64,000 nucleotides of DNA from Gemmatimonadota bacterium (GTDB lineage: Bacteria; Gemmatimonadota; Gemmatimonadetes; Palauibacterales; Palauibacteraceae): contig OZ242312.1 of assembly GCA_965207805.1 (NCBI GenBank), positions 1,268,050-1,332,049 on the forward strand, read 5' to 3'. Positions within the stretch are counted from its first letter, which is position 1; the number at the start of each line of letters is the position of its first letter. The notes below the pieces were generated by a model. It ran no database searches, was not told the origin of the DNA, and saw only the letters and a program-made list of their open reading frames with translations. Shown piece by piece: positions 36,389 through 46,609 of the stretch. A program made the position numbers and the translations under genes.

Positions 36389-37525
36389 TCAGGCGTTTTT
36401 CGTCGCGCTTGCGGGTTCGTTCGCGGGTTCGACGTCGGGCCGCGCGCGCTCATCCTCGATGAAGTCCTCGATGCTGTCCGGAACGAAGAGGTTGTCGGCG
36501 ATGCGGGCGATCTCCTCCGCCTCGCGCCACCGCGCCTCGAGTTCCTTCAGTTCGCCTTCGAGCGCCTCGCGTTCGGCCTCCTCGTGCGTCGCCATCTCGA
36601 TCGCCAGCCGCAGACCCGGGTTGAGGCCGGCGAGGGAGCCCGGCAGGGGCTTCCGAAGCCGTTCGAGCGCCGACGCATCCGCCCGGCGACCATCCCCCCA
36701 GGAGGGAGACCGGCGGGCCACCGAGCCTGAACGCCGGATGGCCTGTTGCGCCAGTTCCGCGGCTTCCGGGAGAAATGCCTCCGGATGGCCGGCGCGCTCG
36801 ATGCGGCGCACGGCACCGCGGATCTCGTCCTTCTTACCCCCGCGGCGGTTGGCCTGGGCCATCAACTGACCGGCAAGCGCGAGCGCCTCGCGTCCGTGGA
36901 CGATCATCGTCCTCCGCCTGTCCCCTCCAGCATGGCCGGGAAGGTGGTCGACGTGCAGCCCCCAGCCGCGTCCCTCGTCATCCGGCACGAGATGGGATGT
37001 GTAGAGGTGTTTCCGCAGAACCCGAACCGGCCCGCCGCGCTGGTCCCGGGTCCGCAGGATCACGCGATTGCGATACCACCTCTGCGACAGCCTGGTCCCG
37101 ATCCAGAGTCCGCCCAGGGAGACGAAGCCTCCCGCCCAGAGGGCCCCGACGGCGGCTGCCCCGGCGCCGGTGATGAGCATGGCCCGCTTGCGGCGCCGGC
37201 CGAACTGGTCGCCGTAGCGCCATGCCGCGAACTCCTGCCGGACGGGGTCGCCGACGCGGACGAGTTCGAGGCCCTCCTTCAGCTTCGCGAGGCCGATGTT
37301 GTCGGAGGCGACCCGCATGGGCGTGGTCTCGAACGCGCGCTCGCAGGCCTCGATCGCCTCCCAGCGCGTCTCGAGCGGCGAGAGGTTCCAGCGCTCGCAG
37401 CGCCGGCACACGACCCAGAGCCGTCCCCTCGCGCCGTCGAAGGCGAGGCGGCGGCCGACCGGGAACTCCTCGATGGCCTCGTTCCGCTTGAGGTCTGCGT
37501 GGCAAAAAATGCACGTCGTATACAT
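36389..37525 (-). CDS. Hypothetical zinc-ribbon membrane protein, paralogue B
   Basis: N- and C-termini nearly identical to paralogue A; GGAGG RBS before ATG 37525. Confidence 0.85.
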   Translation of the reverse strand: MYTTCIFCHADLKRNEAIEEFPVGRRLAFDGARGRLWVVCRRCERWNLSPLETRWEAIEACERAFETTPMRVASDNIGLAKLKEGLELVRVGDPVRQEFAAWRYGDQFGRRRKRAMLITGAGAAAVGALWAGGFVSLGGLWIGTRLSQRWYRNRVILRTRDQRGGPVRVLRKHLYTSHLVPDDEGRGWGLHVDHLPGHAGGDRRRTMIVHGREALALAGQLMAQANRRGGKKDEIRGAVRRIERAGHPEAFLPEAAELAQQAIRRSGSVARRSPSWGDGRRADASALERLRKPLPGSLAGLNPGLRLAIEMATHEEAEREALEGELKELEARWREAEEIARIADNLFVPDSIEDFIEDERARPDVEPANEPASATKNA

Positions 37526-37598
37526 TCGCCTCCAATGTCGTGGACCGGCTCGGTCGGGGATACCCGCGAACGACGCCGCTCTTCGTATACAGATTTGC

Positions 37599-37621
37599 GA
37601 TATAAAGATGATCTTTATATC
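37599..37621. promoter_or_regulatory. Putative PadR operator
   Basis: Perfect 11-bp inverted repeat GATATAAAGAT-G-ATCTTTATATC in the divergent promoter region. Confidence 0.75.
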
Positions 37622-37676
37622 TTGTCTCAACGGCTGGCTCGCTACGGACGCGGACCCTTCGACGTGGAGATGCAGC

Positions 37677-38003
37677 GTGCAGGCCACTCTCTCGAAACGA
37701 ATCAACGAACTACTCGTGCTCGCGGTCCTGGAGCGAGGACCCGCCCACGGCTACCAGATCGCGCTCTCCGTGGAGGAACGGACGGGGGGCGCCTTCTCGT
37801 TTCAGCACGGGACGCTCTACCCGATCCTGCACCGGCTCGAGACCGACGGGCACGTGCGCGGCAAATGGGGCGGGGAAGGCCGGCGGCGGAAGACGTACGA
37901 ACTCACCGACGCCGGTCGTGCCGAGCTGGCGGCAGGGGCGGCGCAACTGGAGCGCCAGTTTCGGGTGCTGCTGGAACTCTTCGGAGGAACCCATGCGGCC
38001 TGA
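37677..38003 (+). CDS. PadR-family transcriptional regulator
   Basis: LLVLAVLERGPAHGYQI, GTLYPILHRLE, RRKTYELTDAG; GGAG RBS before GTG. Confidence 0.93.
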   Translation: MQATLSKRINELLVLAVLERGPAHGYQIALSVEERTGGAFSFQHGTLYPILHRLETDGHVRGKWGGEGRRRKTYELTDAGRAELAAGAAQLERQFRVLLELFGGTHAA

Positions 38004-38760
38004 ACATCCGCTGGCCGACGTCGAACGGAATCTTGCGGTGCCGCCGCGCCGCCGCCTCGATCTGCTGGAGGAAGTCGATGCCGACGTGGAGGCGCTGCAG
38101 GCGGAACTGGAACGTCGCGGCTACGGGCCGGCGCAGGCACGCCGCGCCGCGCTCCGCCAGGTCGTGCCCCGCACGGAGACACTTGCACAACTCGAAGCGC
38201 AGCATGCGCCGCGGCTCAGCCGCTGGGCGCGGGGCACGGGGTGGATCGACCGGGCGGAACGTCTCGGCATCGTCGTGGCCACGGGTGTGGCCGGAGCGGT
38301 CGCGTTCACGACGATCCTCCGGTCCGGCCCGCTCGGCTCGGCAGCCGTGCTGGCCTGGCTCCAGGTCATCGTGATTGCCCTGCTCGCCGCGAACTGGACC
38401 CGGGCCGCCAAGCGTCTCTGGATCGCCGGCGACCTGCGGCCGGATCTGCGACGCCGGCTGTGGGAACGGCAGATCGGGCTCGTCGTCCTCGCCGTCGCTC
38501 TCGGGGCGCTGGGCGCCGCTTGGGAGGGATACAGCGCGTACGAAGCACTCGCGGCCGAAGATTTTGCCGTGCCGGCCATCGGGGACGCGGTCCGCCGCAT
38601 CGTCTCCTGCGCCGCCCTCGGGTTCGGAGCCGCCATCTTCGGGCTCTTCGGCTGGCTCGCGATCACCCCGCGCCTGATCAGCGACGAGACGATCGAGCGC
38701 CGCATCTCGACGTTCTTCGCCGGTTCACGGCTTACGTCGACCTCACCGACCCGGAGGTAA
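37993..38760 (+). CDS. PadR-associated membrane protein (helical N-terminal domain + 4 TM)
   Basis: GGAGG RBS, overlaps padR; soluble N-terminus followed by hydrophobic helices. Confidence 0.75.
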   Translation: MRPEHPLADVERNLAVPPRRRLDLLEEVDADVEALQAELERRGYGPAQARRAALRQVVPRTETLAQLEAQHAPRLSRWARGTGWIDRAERLGIVVATGVAGAVAFTTILRSGPLGSAAVLAWLQVIVIALLAANWTRAAKRLWIAGDLRPDLRRRLWERQIGLVVLAVALGALGAAWEGYSAYEALAAEDFAVPAIGDAVRRIVSCAALGFGAAIFGLFGWLAITPRLISDETIERRISTFFAGSRLTSTSPTRR

Positions 38761-38762
38761 GG

Positions 38763-39131
38763 ATGTCCTTCTTCGACTCACTCGGACTCATTCAGTATCC
38801 GATCTGGCTTGTCCTGGCGCTCATGCTGGTGCAGATCGTACGGGCCACGATCGACCTGTTCCGCCCCGGATCCCCGACGGCAGTCCTGCGTATCCACTCC
38901 ATCCTGATTCTGGGCGGCCTCGCGGCGTGCCTCGGCGTCCTCGGGTCGCTGATCGGCGTCTGGATGGTGGCAGACCTCATCTCGCAAGTGAACGAGGTGA
39001 GTGCGAGCCTGACATGGAGTGGGATCCAGGTGACACTGGGATCGTCCGTCGTCGGTTTCCTGATCCTTGGCTTCGCGTCGGTCGCCTGGCTTGCTCTGCA
39101 ATACGCGAGCGGACGCCGGGATCCGGCATGA
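38763..39131 (+). CDS. Small MotA/TolQ/ExbB-like 3-TM protein
   Basis: LGVLGSLIG and GIQVTLGSSVVG helices; GGAGG RBS. Confidence 0.7.
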   Translation: MSFFDSLGLIQYPIWLVLALMLVQIVRATIDLFRPGSPTAVLRIHSILILGGLAACLGVLGSLIGVWMVADLISQVNEVSASLTWSGIQVTLGSSVVGFLILGFASVAWLALQYASGRRDPA

Positions 39132-39138
39132 CGCGCTG

Positions 39139-41283
39139 ATGCGGCTCCCGACGCTCGTCGTTGCAGGTCTTGTCTTCGGGACCGGCGCCTCTGCCCCGGG
39201 GCCGGAGGAAGGCTTCGGGGGTCTGTCGCGGCGCGACTCGGCAGGGGTGGCGATTTCCGACAACGCGTCCGCCGACGCGCAGTTCGCGGGCGGGGCGGTG
39301 CACATCGCGGATCTCATGACGCCGGACAGCGCGCTCACGGCGCTCCCCTGGGGCGTGGTCGCGGATCCGACGGCCGAGCGGGTCTACGTGGCGGACGTGA
39401 CGAGCGCGCGGGTCGCCGTCTTCGACGGCACGGGGGCCTTCGTGGAAGAACTGGGCCGCGCGGGAGAGGGTCCGGGCGAGTTCCGGGGTGTGTCCGCACT
39501 GACCTTGGCGCCGGAGGGGACGCTCGTGGCGCTGGATGCGCGGCGGGGCGTGCTCAGCCGCTGGTCCCGGGACGGGGAGTTCACGGGCGAGGAACGGCTC
39601 CCGGCGAACTACTGGGGGCCCGGCTTCGCGGTCGGCGAGGGCGCGGCGGCGGACTGGTTCGCGACCGTGGGTTCGACCACGGCGGGTATGTCGATGGACC
39701 AGACGTTGGCGGTGCACACGCCGCGCGGAGCCGAACCGGTCCACGTCGTGCGGCGGGAACTGTCGCTGATGGAACTGCCGTGCGCGTCCATGCCCGCCCC
39801 GAAGGTGTTCGCGCCGGACGCGGTGTGGGCGAGCCGCGGCGACACGATCTGGTTCGCGAACGGGGACGGGTTCCGGATCGACGGCTACGCGCGGGGAGAG
39901 GTCTTCGCCAGCGTGCGCCGGGCGGCGGCCCCGGCGATCCCGGTCACGCGGGCGATGGCGATGGCGTCGCTCTCCTTCGGCCCGGGCCCGTACGGGAGCC
40001 TCATGCGGCAGTGCGGGGTGACGGCCGGGGAAGTGGTCGACGCCACCGGGTACGAAGAGGTGCTGTCTCCCATCGTCGGGCTCACGCCCGATCCGGCGGG
40101 CGGCCTGTGGGTGTCGCGACGCACGGACGGCCTTATTCCCGAGGTCATTGACATCTTCGGGGCCGGAGGCGGATACCTGGGGACGCTCGACATCCCGGCC
40201 ATCCCCGTCGGGTTCGCGTCGCCGTCGCGGCTGGTGGCCGTGCGGCCGGTGATGGAGACGGGAGAGATCCGGGTGTCGCTGTATGAAGTCGGGACGAACG
40301 CGGCGGCGGTTGGGGCATCGGGCGCCCGCGACGGCCGCGGGCTCGCCGGGGGGAGCCCGCCCGGGCGGATCGGGTCGGTACTGCGCGGCGGGTCCCGACA
40401 ATCGCCCTCCGCCGCGGCGGAGGGCCCTCCCCGCCGTTCCCCGGAGCCCAACCCGGCGGGCCTGCGCGAGTTCAGCGACTGCGACCTCTGTCCGGTCATG
40501 GTGGAAATGCCGCCGGGCGGGTTCGTGATGGGAAGGGCCGAGGGCGAGGACCGGCGCCTGGGGCTCGACCGGGAGCCGGATCGGCCGGAGTTCAGCCGGG
40601 AGCGGGAGCGTCCCCGCGTGCGGATCGAGTTCGGACACCGGTTCGCCATCGGAAAGTACGAGGTGACGTTCGACGAGTGGGACCGCTGCGTGGCCGCGGG
40701 AGGGTGCGACTACCGGCCCACGGACCGGGGATGGGGCCGGGGCGACCGTCCCGTGATCCACGTCTCTTACCTCGACGCCGAGATGTACCTCGCCTGGCTG
40801 ACGGAGGTCACTGGCCGCCCGTACCGGCTGCCGAGCAGCGCCGAGTGGGAATACGCGGCCCGCGCCGGGACGACGACCGCCCGCTGGTGGGGGGACGAGG
40901 TCGGGCGCGGGCACGCGGTGTGCGAAGAGTGCGGGCTCGAGTGGGAGGTGGGATCGACCGCGCCCACGGGGTCGCTGCCGCCGAATCCGTGGGGCCTGCA
41001 TGACATGCTCGGCAACGTGTCCGAACTCGCGGCCGACTGCTGGGTGGCCACCTACGACGAGGTGCCCACCGACGGCTCACCTGTCCGCGAAGCGTCCCGC
41101 CACTGGAGCGAGGGCCGCTGCCTGCGCCCCACCTGGAGGGGCGGCGCCTTCAGCTACTTCCGCTGGACCGTGCGCTCGGCGTGGCGCAGCGGCGGCAGCA
41201 TTCTGGCCACCGCCGAAGAGCGCCACACCCACCCCCAGGTCGGCGGCGGCACAGGCTTCCGCGTCGCCCTCACGCTCGACTGA
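39139..41283 (+). CDS. Secreted 6-bladed beta-propeller fused to an FGE-sulfatase (SUMF1/EgtB/PvdO-type) domain
   Basis: GRAGEGPGEF propeller motif; YEVTFDEW, RPVIHVS, RLPSSAEWEYAARAG, NPWGLHDMLGNVSE, GFRVA. Confidence 0.87.
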   Translation: MRLPTLVVAGLVFGTGASAPGPEEGFGGLSRRDSAGVAISDNASADAQFAGGAVHIADLMTPDSALTALPWGVVADPTAERVYVADVTSARVAVFDGTGAFVEELGRAGEGPGEFRGVSALTLAPEGTLVALDARRGVLSRWSRDGEFTGEERLPANYWGPGFAVGEGAAADWFATVGSTTAGMSMDQTLAVHTPRGAEPVHVVRRELSLMELPCASMPAPKVFAPDAVWASRGDTIWFANGDGFRIDGYARGEVFASVRRAAAPAIPVTRAMAMASLSFGPGPYGSLMRQCGVTAGEVVDATGYEEVLSPIVGLTPDPAGGLWVSRRTDGLIPEVIDIFGAGGGYLGTLDIPAIPVGFASPSRLVAVRPVMETGEIRVSLYEVGTNAAAVGASGARDGRGLAGGSPPGRIGSVLRGGSRQSPSAAAEGPPRRSPEPNPAGLREFSDCDLCPVMVEMPPGGFVMGRAEGEDRRLGLDREPDRPEFSRERERPRVRIEFGHRFAIGKYEVTFDEWDRCVAAGGCDYRPTDRGWGRGDRPVIHVSYLDAEMYLAWLTEVTGRPYRLPSSAEWEYAARAGTTTARWWGDEVGRGHAVCEECGLEWEVGSTAPTGSLPPNPWGLHDMLGNVSELAADCWVATYDEVPTDGSPVREASRHWSEGRCLRPTWRGGAFSYFRWTVRSAWRSGGSILATAEERHTHPQVGGGTGFRVALTLD

Positions 41284-41313
41284 GAGCGCCCGCCCCGCGC
41301 GGCGCGACTGCGT

Positions 41314-44088
41314 TCACGGCATCCGCCAACGAGCGGGCGGCGGCACCGCATCGGCCGCCGCCGCCACGAGTCTTTCAATCGCGGATTCGAGCTGCCGCGC
41401 TCTTCGGCCGCGCGCAAACTGACGTGCCACATCTCTCCGGTCCGGCGTCCAACCGCGGGTCGCGATGCCGCGCGCCTGGAGCGAGTCTGCGTCGGGCACG
41501 CAATCCGGTCCGCCACACGCCGTCGCGATGTCTGACCCGGGGTCATTCTCTTGGACGTTCACGGTTACGGTTGTGGTGTCCGTCTGGCTGGCGGAGTCGG
41601 CCACGGTCAGCTTCACGGCATACGTCCCCTGAGCATCGAACACATGGTTTCGCGTGCTCACCGTGTCCACGGCCACGGAATCGCCGTCTACGTGCCACGC
41701 GTAGCTCGTGATCCCGACATCGTCCGTGGAACCGGACCCGTCGAACGTGCAGTCGAGCTCGGAGCACTTGACGACGAGGCCGGCCGTAGGCGCGTAGTCC
41801 GGAACCTTCACCGTATCGGCGGAAGTGGCGGAGGCCCACCTCCCTTGTTCGTCCTCCACGGACAGCGTGATGACATAATTGTCAGGCTTTCTGAACGTAT
41901 GCCGCAACGTGTCGCTCTTGCCCGACGCGAGCACGACGCCACTGGCGTACCAAATATAGCGCGTGATGCCGCTGTCGTCGGACGATTCGGATCCGTCGAA
42001 CAGACAGGTCGGGACTTCGCAGGTCACGACAAGGTGAGCTGCGGGCGGCTCGTTCGTCACCGGGGGCAGTGGCGGCGAACCGGGATCTGGGGTGTCGATA
42101 CGGCTGGGGGAGGAGTCTGGAAGCGCTGGACGCTCCAGATCCGTGCTGTCCCCCAGTCGGTACAGATTACCGCGCCAAAGCCGCCGAACGTGGTTCGATG
42201 ACCAAGAGAGGCTGTCCTGGTTCTGAGCCGTGGGATGGAAGTTCTGCGGCGGAACCCAGTCTTCCGGCGGATTGATGCGCTGCTCAAAATACGTGGAATC
42301 GCTCGTGATCGTCGTGTCGACGCGCGCCTCAAGACACCAGATCAAGTGATCGATGCCTGACGGTGCCGCCGTCACAGTGTCCCGCGACACGCGGCACGAA
42401 GCCATCACGTCCATTACCGTACTGATGTCCAACTCGAGCACGTCGTGCGTCTCGTTGGCCGGATCGAACAGGTCATAGAAGAAGGCCGTCACTTCCCCGT
42501 GGTACCGGCTCCCGTCAGCGCGGCCCCCGTTCGAATCGGGCTTCGGCGTGAACTCGACATACGATACGTTCCCCTCACTGTCGTACTTGACGCCTCGGTT
42601 GTTTTCGTAGTCCTCAGCGCTGTTGTAGTGGTATCCGGGAGTGTTGTACGCCGGCTCCGTTCGTAGCGCGTGGTAGTCGGCCCAGCCCTCCTGGTAGGCG
42701 CACACCATCGACTCCTCCGTGTACGCGTGATGCTCGGCGCAGTCGTCGTCGAGGTCATACAGCCCACCGAGCCGCGCGTGGTGCAAAGCATGGCCATATT
42801 CGTGGGCGAACACAAAGCTGCCCCAGCGACCCCAGAGACACTTGGGATCCCCGCCCCGGCCCTCGATGACCGTAATCTGGTCAGAGTATGGGAGGTACCA
42901 GCAACTGTTGATGTGACCGGGATGGACGGCGTCGGGATTGATCCGAACCGTGATTGCCGTGCGGGCCGGAAAGAGGCTGCGCGACTCCTCGATCGAGTAC
43001 TGCGCGTTGATCCAAGTTCTGGCCTCGGCGCCCGGCACGTGCAGGTCGATCGTCCGGCCGCACAGATCGTCGCTGGCGACAAATCCCATGTCGGGCTCCG
43101 GCAAGATTTCCAGCTTGTCGTCACTCAATCCCAGCCGTCCCCGTCCTACGAACTCAGTGCCCGCGCTGCCCGGGCACGGGATCACGAAGTCGCCGGTGTC
43201 GCTCGACCTGCCCGCGTAGCTCCCGAGGATGGAACCGGAGGGGGTCTGGAGGTCCAGCTCATACGGGACGCCGGGAAGGCGCCGCTGGTCGGTGAAGTCC
43301 AAGTCATAATATTGGACTTGGAAGCAAAGCTCCCGGCTTCCGCACTCGCCGATGGCGGACGAACTCGCGAGGCCGGCAGCACCGTCCTTGGCGGGGCGGG
43401 AGGGCGGTGGGGGCGCGTTCAGGCGACGCGCGGGCCCCGGCTGCCGGCGGAATCCGGGCGGAAGCAAGGCAGGGTCGAAGTCGCGGAGAACGCGCCCGCC
43501 ATCGTCGTGTACGAACAGCCAGAGATATTCGTGATTCACCCGCGCGACCCGGCCGGACGCGCCCGTGGGATGCAGGTCGGCGACGCGGGCACTCGCGTGA
43601 ACCCGGTAGACGCCGGGCGCGGGAATCTCGAGCGCCGTCGTCTGCGTCTCCACCGCCCCGGCGGTAACCGCGCCGCTGGACTCCACCACCGCCGGGATCT
43701 TACGTTCCAGTGTCGTCTTGTACGTCTCGGTCCAACCGGATCGCCTGGCGAATTCGATCTCCGGGAGCGTGAGGCGGAAATCGGCCTCCGACGCCGCGAA
43801 CCTCGCGGTGTACGTAACGGCCACATCGATGCGCGTGCGGGGCTTGAACGTCCCGTTCGCCTTGATCGAGATGTCGAACCAGGCCTGCGCGGCCAGGTTC
43901 TCGGTGACGCCGCGGGAGCCCGCGCGCAGCGGGGCCGAGGGCCGGTGGGCGGCATCCGGTGTCCGCGCGGCGCGCGACGCCGGTCCCGCGACCGTGTTCG
44001 AGTCGTCTGAACATCCGGCCACGATGGCCGCGACAAGGAGTGCGAACGCCGCACGATGCCCGTCTTGGATGTTTAGCGGAATACGCAT
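41314..44088 (-). CDS. Large lipoprotein with HExxH zinc metalloprotease motif and two PKD domains
   Basis: VAGC lipobox, FAHEYGHALHH...QEGWADY, two FDGSxSxDDxGITxYxW repeats. Confidence 0.85.
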   Translation of the reverse strand: MRIPLNIQDGHRAAFALLVAAIVAGCSDDSNTVAGPASRAARTPDAAHRPSAPLRAGSRGVTENLAAQAWFDISIKANGTFKPRTRIDVAVTYTARFAASEADFRLTLPEIEFARRSGWTETYKTTLERKIPAVVESSGAVTAGAVETQTTALEIPAPGVYRVHASARVADLHPTGASGRVARVNHEYLWLFVHDDGGRVLRDFDPALLPPGFRRQPGPARRLNAPPPPSRPAKDGAAGLASSSAIGECGSRELCFQVQYYDLDFTDQRRLPGVPYELDLQTPSGSILGSYAGRSSDTGDFVIPCPGSAGTEFVGRGRLGLSDDKLEILPEPDMGFVASDDLCGRTIDLHVPGAEARTWINAQYSIEESRSLFPARTAITVRINPDAVHPGHINSCWYLPYSDQITVIEGRGGDPKCLWGRWGSFVFAHEYGHALHHARLGGLYDLDDDCAEHHAYTEESMVCAYQEGWADYHALRTEPAYNTPGYHYNSAEDYENNRGVKYDSEGNVSYVEFTPKPDSNGGRADGSRYHGEVTAFFYDLFDPANETHDVLELDISTVMDVMASCRVSRDTVTAAPSGIDHLIWCLEARVDTTITSDSTYFEQRINPPEDWVPPQNFHPTAQNQDSLSWSSNHVRRLWRGNLYRLGDSTDLERPALPDSSPSRIDTPDPGSPPLPPVTNEPPAAHLVVTCEVPTCLFDGSESSDDSGITRYIWYASGVVLASGKSDTLRHTFRKPDNYVITLSVEDEQGRWASATSADTVKVPDYAPTAGLVVKCSELDCTFDGSGSTDDVGITSYAWHVDGDSVAVDTVSTRNHVFDAQGTYAVKLTVADSASQTDTTTVTVNVQENDPGSDIATACGGPDCVPDADSLQARGIATRGWTPDRRDVARQFARGRRARQLESAIERLVAAAADAVPPPARWRMP

Positions 44089-44617
44089 ACACGTCCTCTC
44101 TGGGGATGGAAAAGTGTGAGGATGGAACGAGACTATATAGTTGAGTTGCTGTCCCCCAAGCCTCCTGCAAATCGGGGATGCGATCGATCAAGCCCGAGTC
44201 GGCTTAGTGAAAAAAGACCGTACTTCCCGTTGTCATATATAATAAATCGCAACTTCAACCCTTGGTCCGCTCGTCAACTACGGCGATACGGACCTGGAAA
44301 GTTACACTCACTATATTTCACAGTACACGACAGTTATTTATATCAGTCTTGGCGTTCCTGTCGCTACGGTCACTGTAACTGCCGCGAATCGTAGTCACAG
44401 GAGAGTTTCGTCCAAAACGCTAATATACTACCGCGTGCTGTACGGCTTCCGCCCTTTCTTGATCGGACGTGTCAAGGCGTTACATCGTGGAGCGCAAGAG
44501 TATGATGCCTGAACCTGCAAGAGTCAAGCTCAAGCGTGCGGTTTTGGCTTGGAAGGCCCGGAAAAGCTATGGTCATGCTGTGATCCGGCAGGGAGTCGCC
44601 GAGTTAAGGGGGGCAGT

Positions 44618-46468
44618 ATGATCAGGAGCGGAGGATGGGAGCTGACTCGGTTGGCGCTGCTCGTGCCGGTTCTCGCCTGCGGGGGGACGCGGCCGGCCGA
44701 CCCGGAGCCCGCCGACCCGGAGCCTCCCGCCCCGCTCGTGGCCACCCGGCTGGTGGTACTGCCCGCAACGGTGATGCTGTTCGCGCTGGGGGACGAGGCG
44801 CTCTTGTCCGCGCGGGTTCTGGACCGGCAGGACAACGTGCTGGGGGGCGAGCGGGTCTCGTGGAGCACGGACGATCCGTCGGTGGCCGCCGTGGACGGGA
44901 CGGGCGTGGTGACGGCGGTGGACAACGGATCGGCGACGGTGACGGCGGCCTCGGGGAGCCTTGAGGGGACCGCAGCGGTTACCGTGATGCAGCAGGCGGT
45001 GCGGGTGGAAGCGCCATCGGCACCGGACACGCTGCGCCGGTACGGCGACACGGTGCGGGTGGCGGTGCGGGCGTTCGACGCGAACGGCCATCCGGCGCCG
45101 GTGGGGGCGCTGGAGTGGACGACGAGCGACTCGTCGGTCGCGGCGGTGGACGGGACGGGCCTGGTGACGGCGGCGGGGAACGGGTCGGCGACGATCTCGG
45201 CGGTGGCCGGGCAGGACACTGCGGCCGTCGAGGTGGCAGTGTATGACCGGGAGGGGGAGGACCGCGAGGTCCTTCTGGCGCTGCGCCGGGCCATCGGACC
45301 CCGCCGGTTGGAGCGCCGGGGGTGGGATCCGTCGAAGTCGATCTCGACCTGGTGGGGCGTCACGACCGAGGAGGAGGGGCGCGCCACGCGCGTCGTGGAG
45401 CTGTCGCTGCCGGACGAGGAATTGGGGGGGGCGTTGCCGCGGGAACTCGGGCGTCTCCGCTCGCTGCGGGTCCTCCACCTGCAGGAGAACAGCATTCGGG
45501 GCGTCGTCCCGCGCGAGGTGGGGATGCTGCCGCACCTGGAGAGCCTGCGGCTGGACCGCACGTTGGTCGAGGGTCTGGAGGGCCCCTTTCCGAGTCTGAG
45601 GGTCCTGAATCTCGCCGAGACCCGGATCGGTTCCTCCTTCCTGCTCGGCCACCTGCCGAACCTCAGGTCGCTGGATCTGAGCGGGAACGACCTGCTCTTC
45701 TTTCCGGGCAACGTGTTCGAGATGCGGGATCTCGAGGTTCTGCACCTCAACTGGCACTGGTTTACCGGCCAAATCCCTCCTGAACTCGCCAACCTCGAGA
45801 ACCTCAGGGTGCTGGGGCTAACCGGGAGCTACTTGCCCATCCGGAACATGTATCGTGGCATGGACAGCACCATCCCCCCCGAACTCGGCAAGCTGGCCAA
45901 CCTCGAGGAGCTGTACTTGGGTCGGAACCGACTGCGTGGCACGATCCCGCCCGAACTCGGCGACCTCGCCAACCTCCGCGTGTTGAACTTGGCCTACTCC
46001 GCCGCTCCGAGGCGGGGGGACCCCGCCGGCCTCGAGGGCCCGATTCCGCCGGAGCTCGGCAACCTCGCCAACCTCGAGGAGTTGCGGCTGAGTGAAAACC
46101 GGCTAACCGGACCTATCCCGCCGGAGCTCGGCAACCTATCCAATCTCAAGGAGTTATGGTTGAACAGTAACCAGCTGACCGGTCCTGTCTTGCCCGAACT
46201 CGGACGGCTCGTGAAACTGGAGAGGCTGGAACTCAACCACACGGAGTTGAGCGGTCCGTTCCCGGAGGCGTTCGGCGACCTCACCCGCCTCGAGGTGCTG
46301 ATGCTCGGCAGCACGCGCATGAGCGGACCGCTGCCCCGGGCCGCCACACGGATGACGGCGCTCAGGACTCTGTCCTTGGTGCCGACGCTCTGCGTGCCGC
46401 GCGACTCCACGTTCGACGCATGGGTGGAGGGAATCATGTGGTTCACGGGGACCCGCTGCCGCAACTGA
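44618..46468 (+). CDS. Lipoprotein with Ig-like (Big_2) repeats and plant-type leucine-rich repeats
   Basis: VLAC lipobox, two WxTxDxSVAAVDGTGxVTA repeats, multiple GxIPPELGNLxNLxxLxL repeats. Confidence 0.9.
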   Translation: MIRSGGWELTRLALLVPVLACGGTRPADPEPADPEPPAPLVATRLVVLPATVMLFALGDEALLSARVLDRQDNVLGGERVSWSTDDPSVAAVDGTGVVTAVDNGSATVTAASGSLEGTAAVTVMQQAVRVEAPSAPDTLRRYGDTVRVAVRAFDANGHPAPVGALEWTTSDSSVAAVDGTGLVTAAGNGSATISAVAGQDTAAVEVAVYDREGEDREVLLALRRAIGPRRLERRGWDPSKSISTWWGVTTEEEGRATRVVELSLPDEELGGALPRELGRLRSLRVLHLQENSIRGVVPREVGMLPHLESLRLDRTLVEGLEGPFPSLRVLNLAETRIGSSFLLGHLPNLRSLDLSGNDLLFFPGNVFEMRDLEVLHLNWHWFTGQIPPELANLENLRVLGLTGSYLPIRNMYRGMDSTIPPELGKLANLEELYLGRNRLRGTIPPELGDLANLRVLNLAYSAAPRRGDPAGLEGPIPPELGNLANLEELRLSENRLTGPIPPELGNLSNLKELWLNSNQLTGPVLPELGRLVKLERLELNHTELSGPFPEAFGDLTRLEVLMLGSTRMSGPLPRAATRMTALRTLSLVPTLCVPRDSTFDAWVEGIMWFTGTRCRN

Positions 46469-46609
46469 CCGCCGCAAGGCCGCCGACCCGGTTGCACCCC
46501 CCCCGCAACCCGTTCTAGACTGAATCCCCCCGGCCGACGGGCGGCCGGATGAGTCCCGTTCCGGGAGCTCCGCCGGCGCTCCCGCCGGCACAGGATCAGG
46601 AGTGGCCGC

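Noticed and set aside
45770-46210. Regularly spaced DNA repeats as a CRISPR array
   Set aside because: They are degenerate in-frame LRR-coding repeats; no unique spacers or cas genes.
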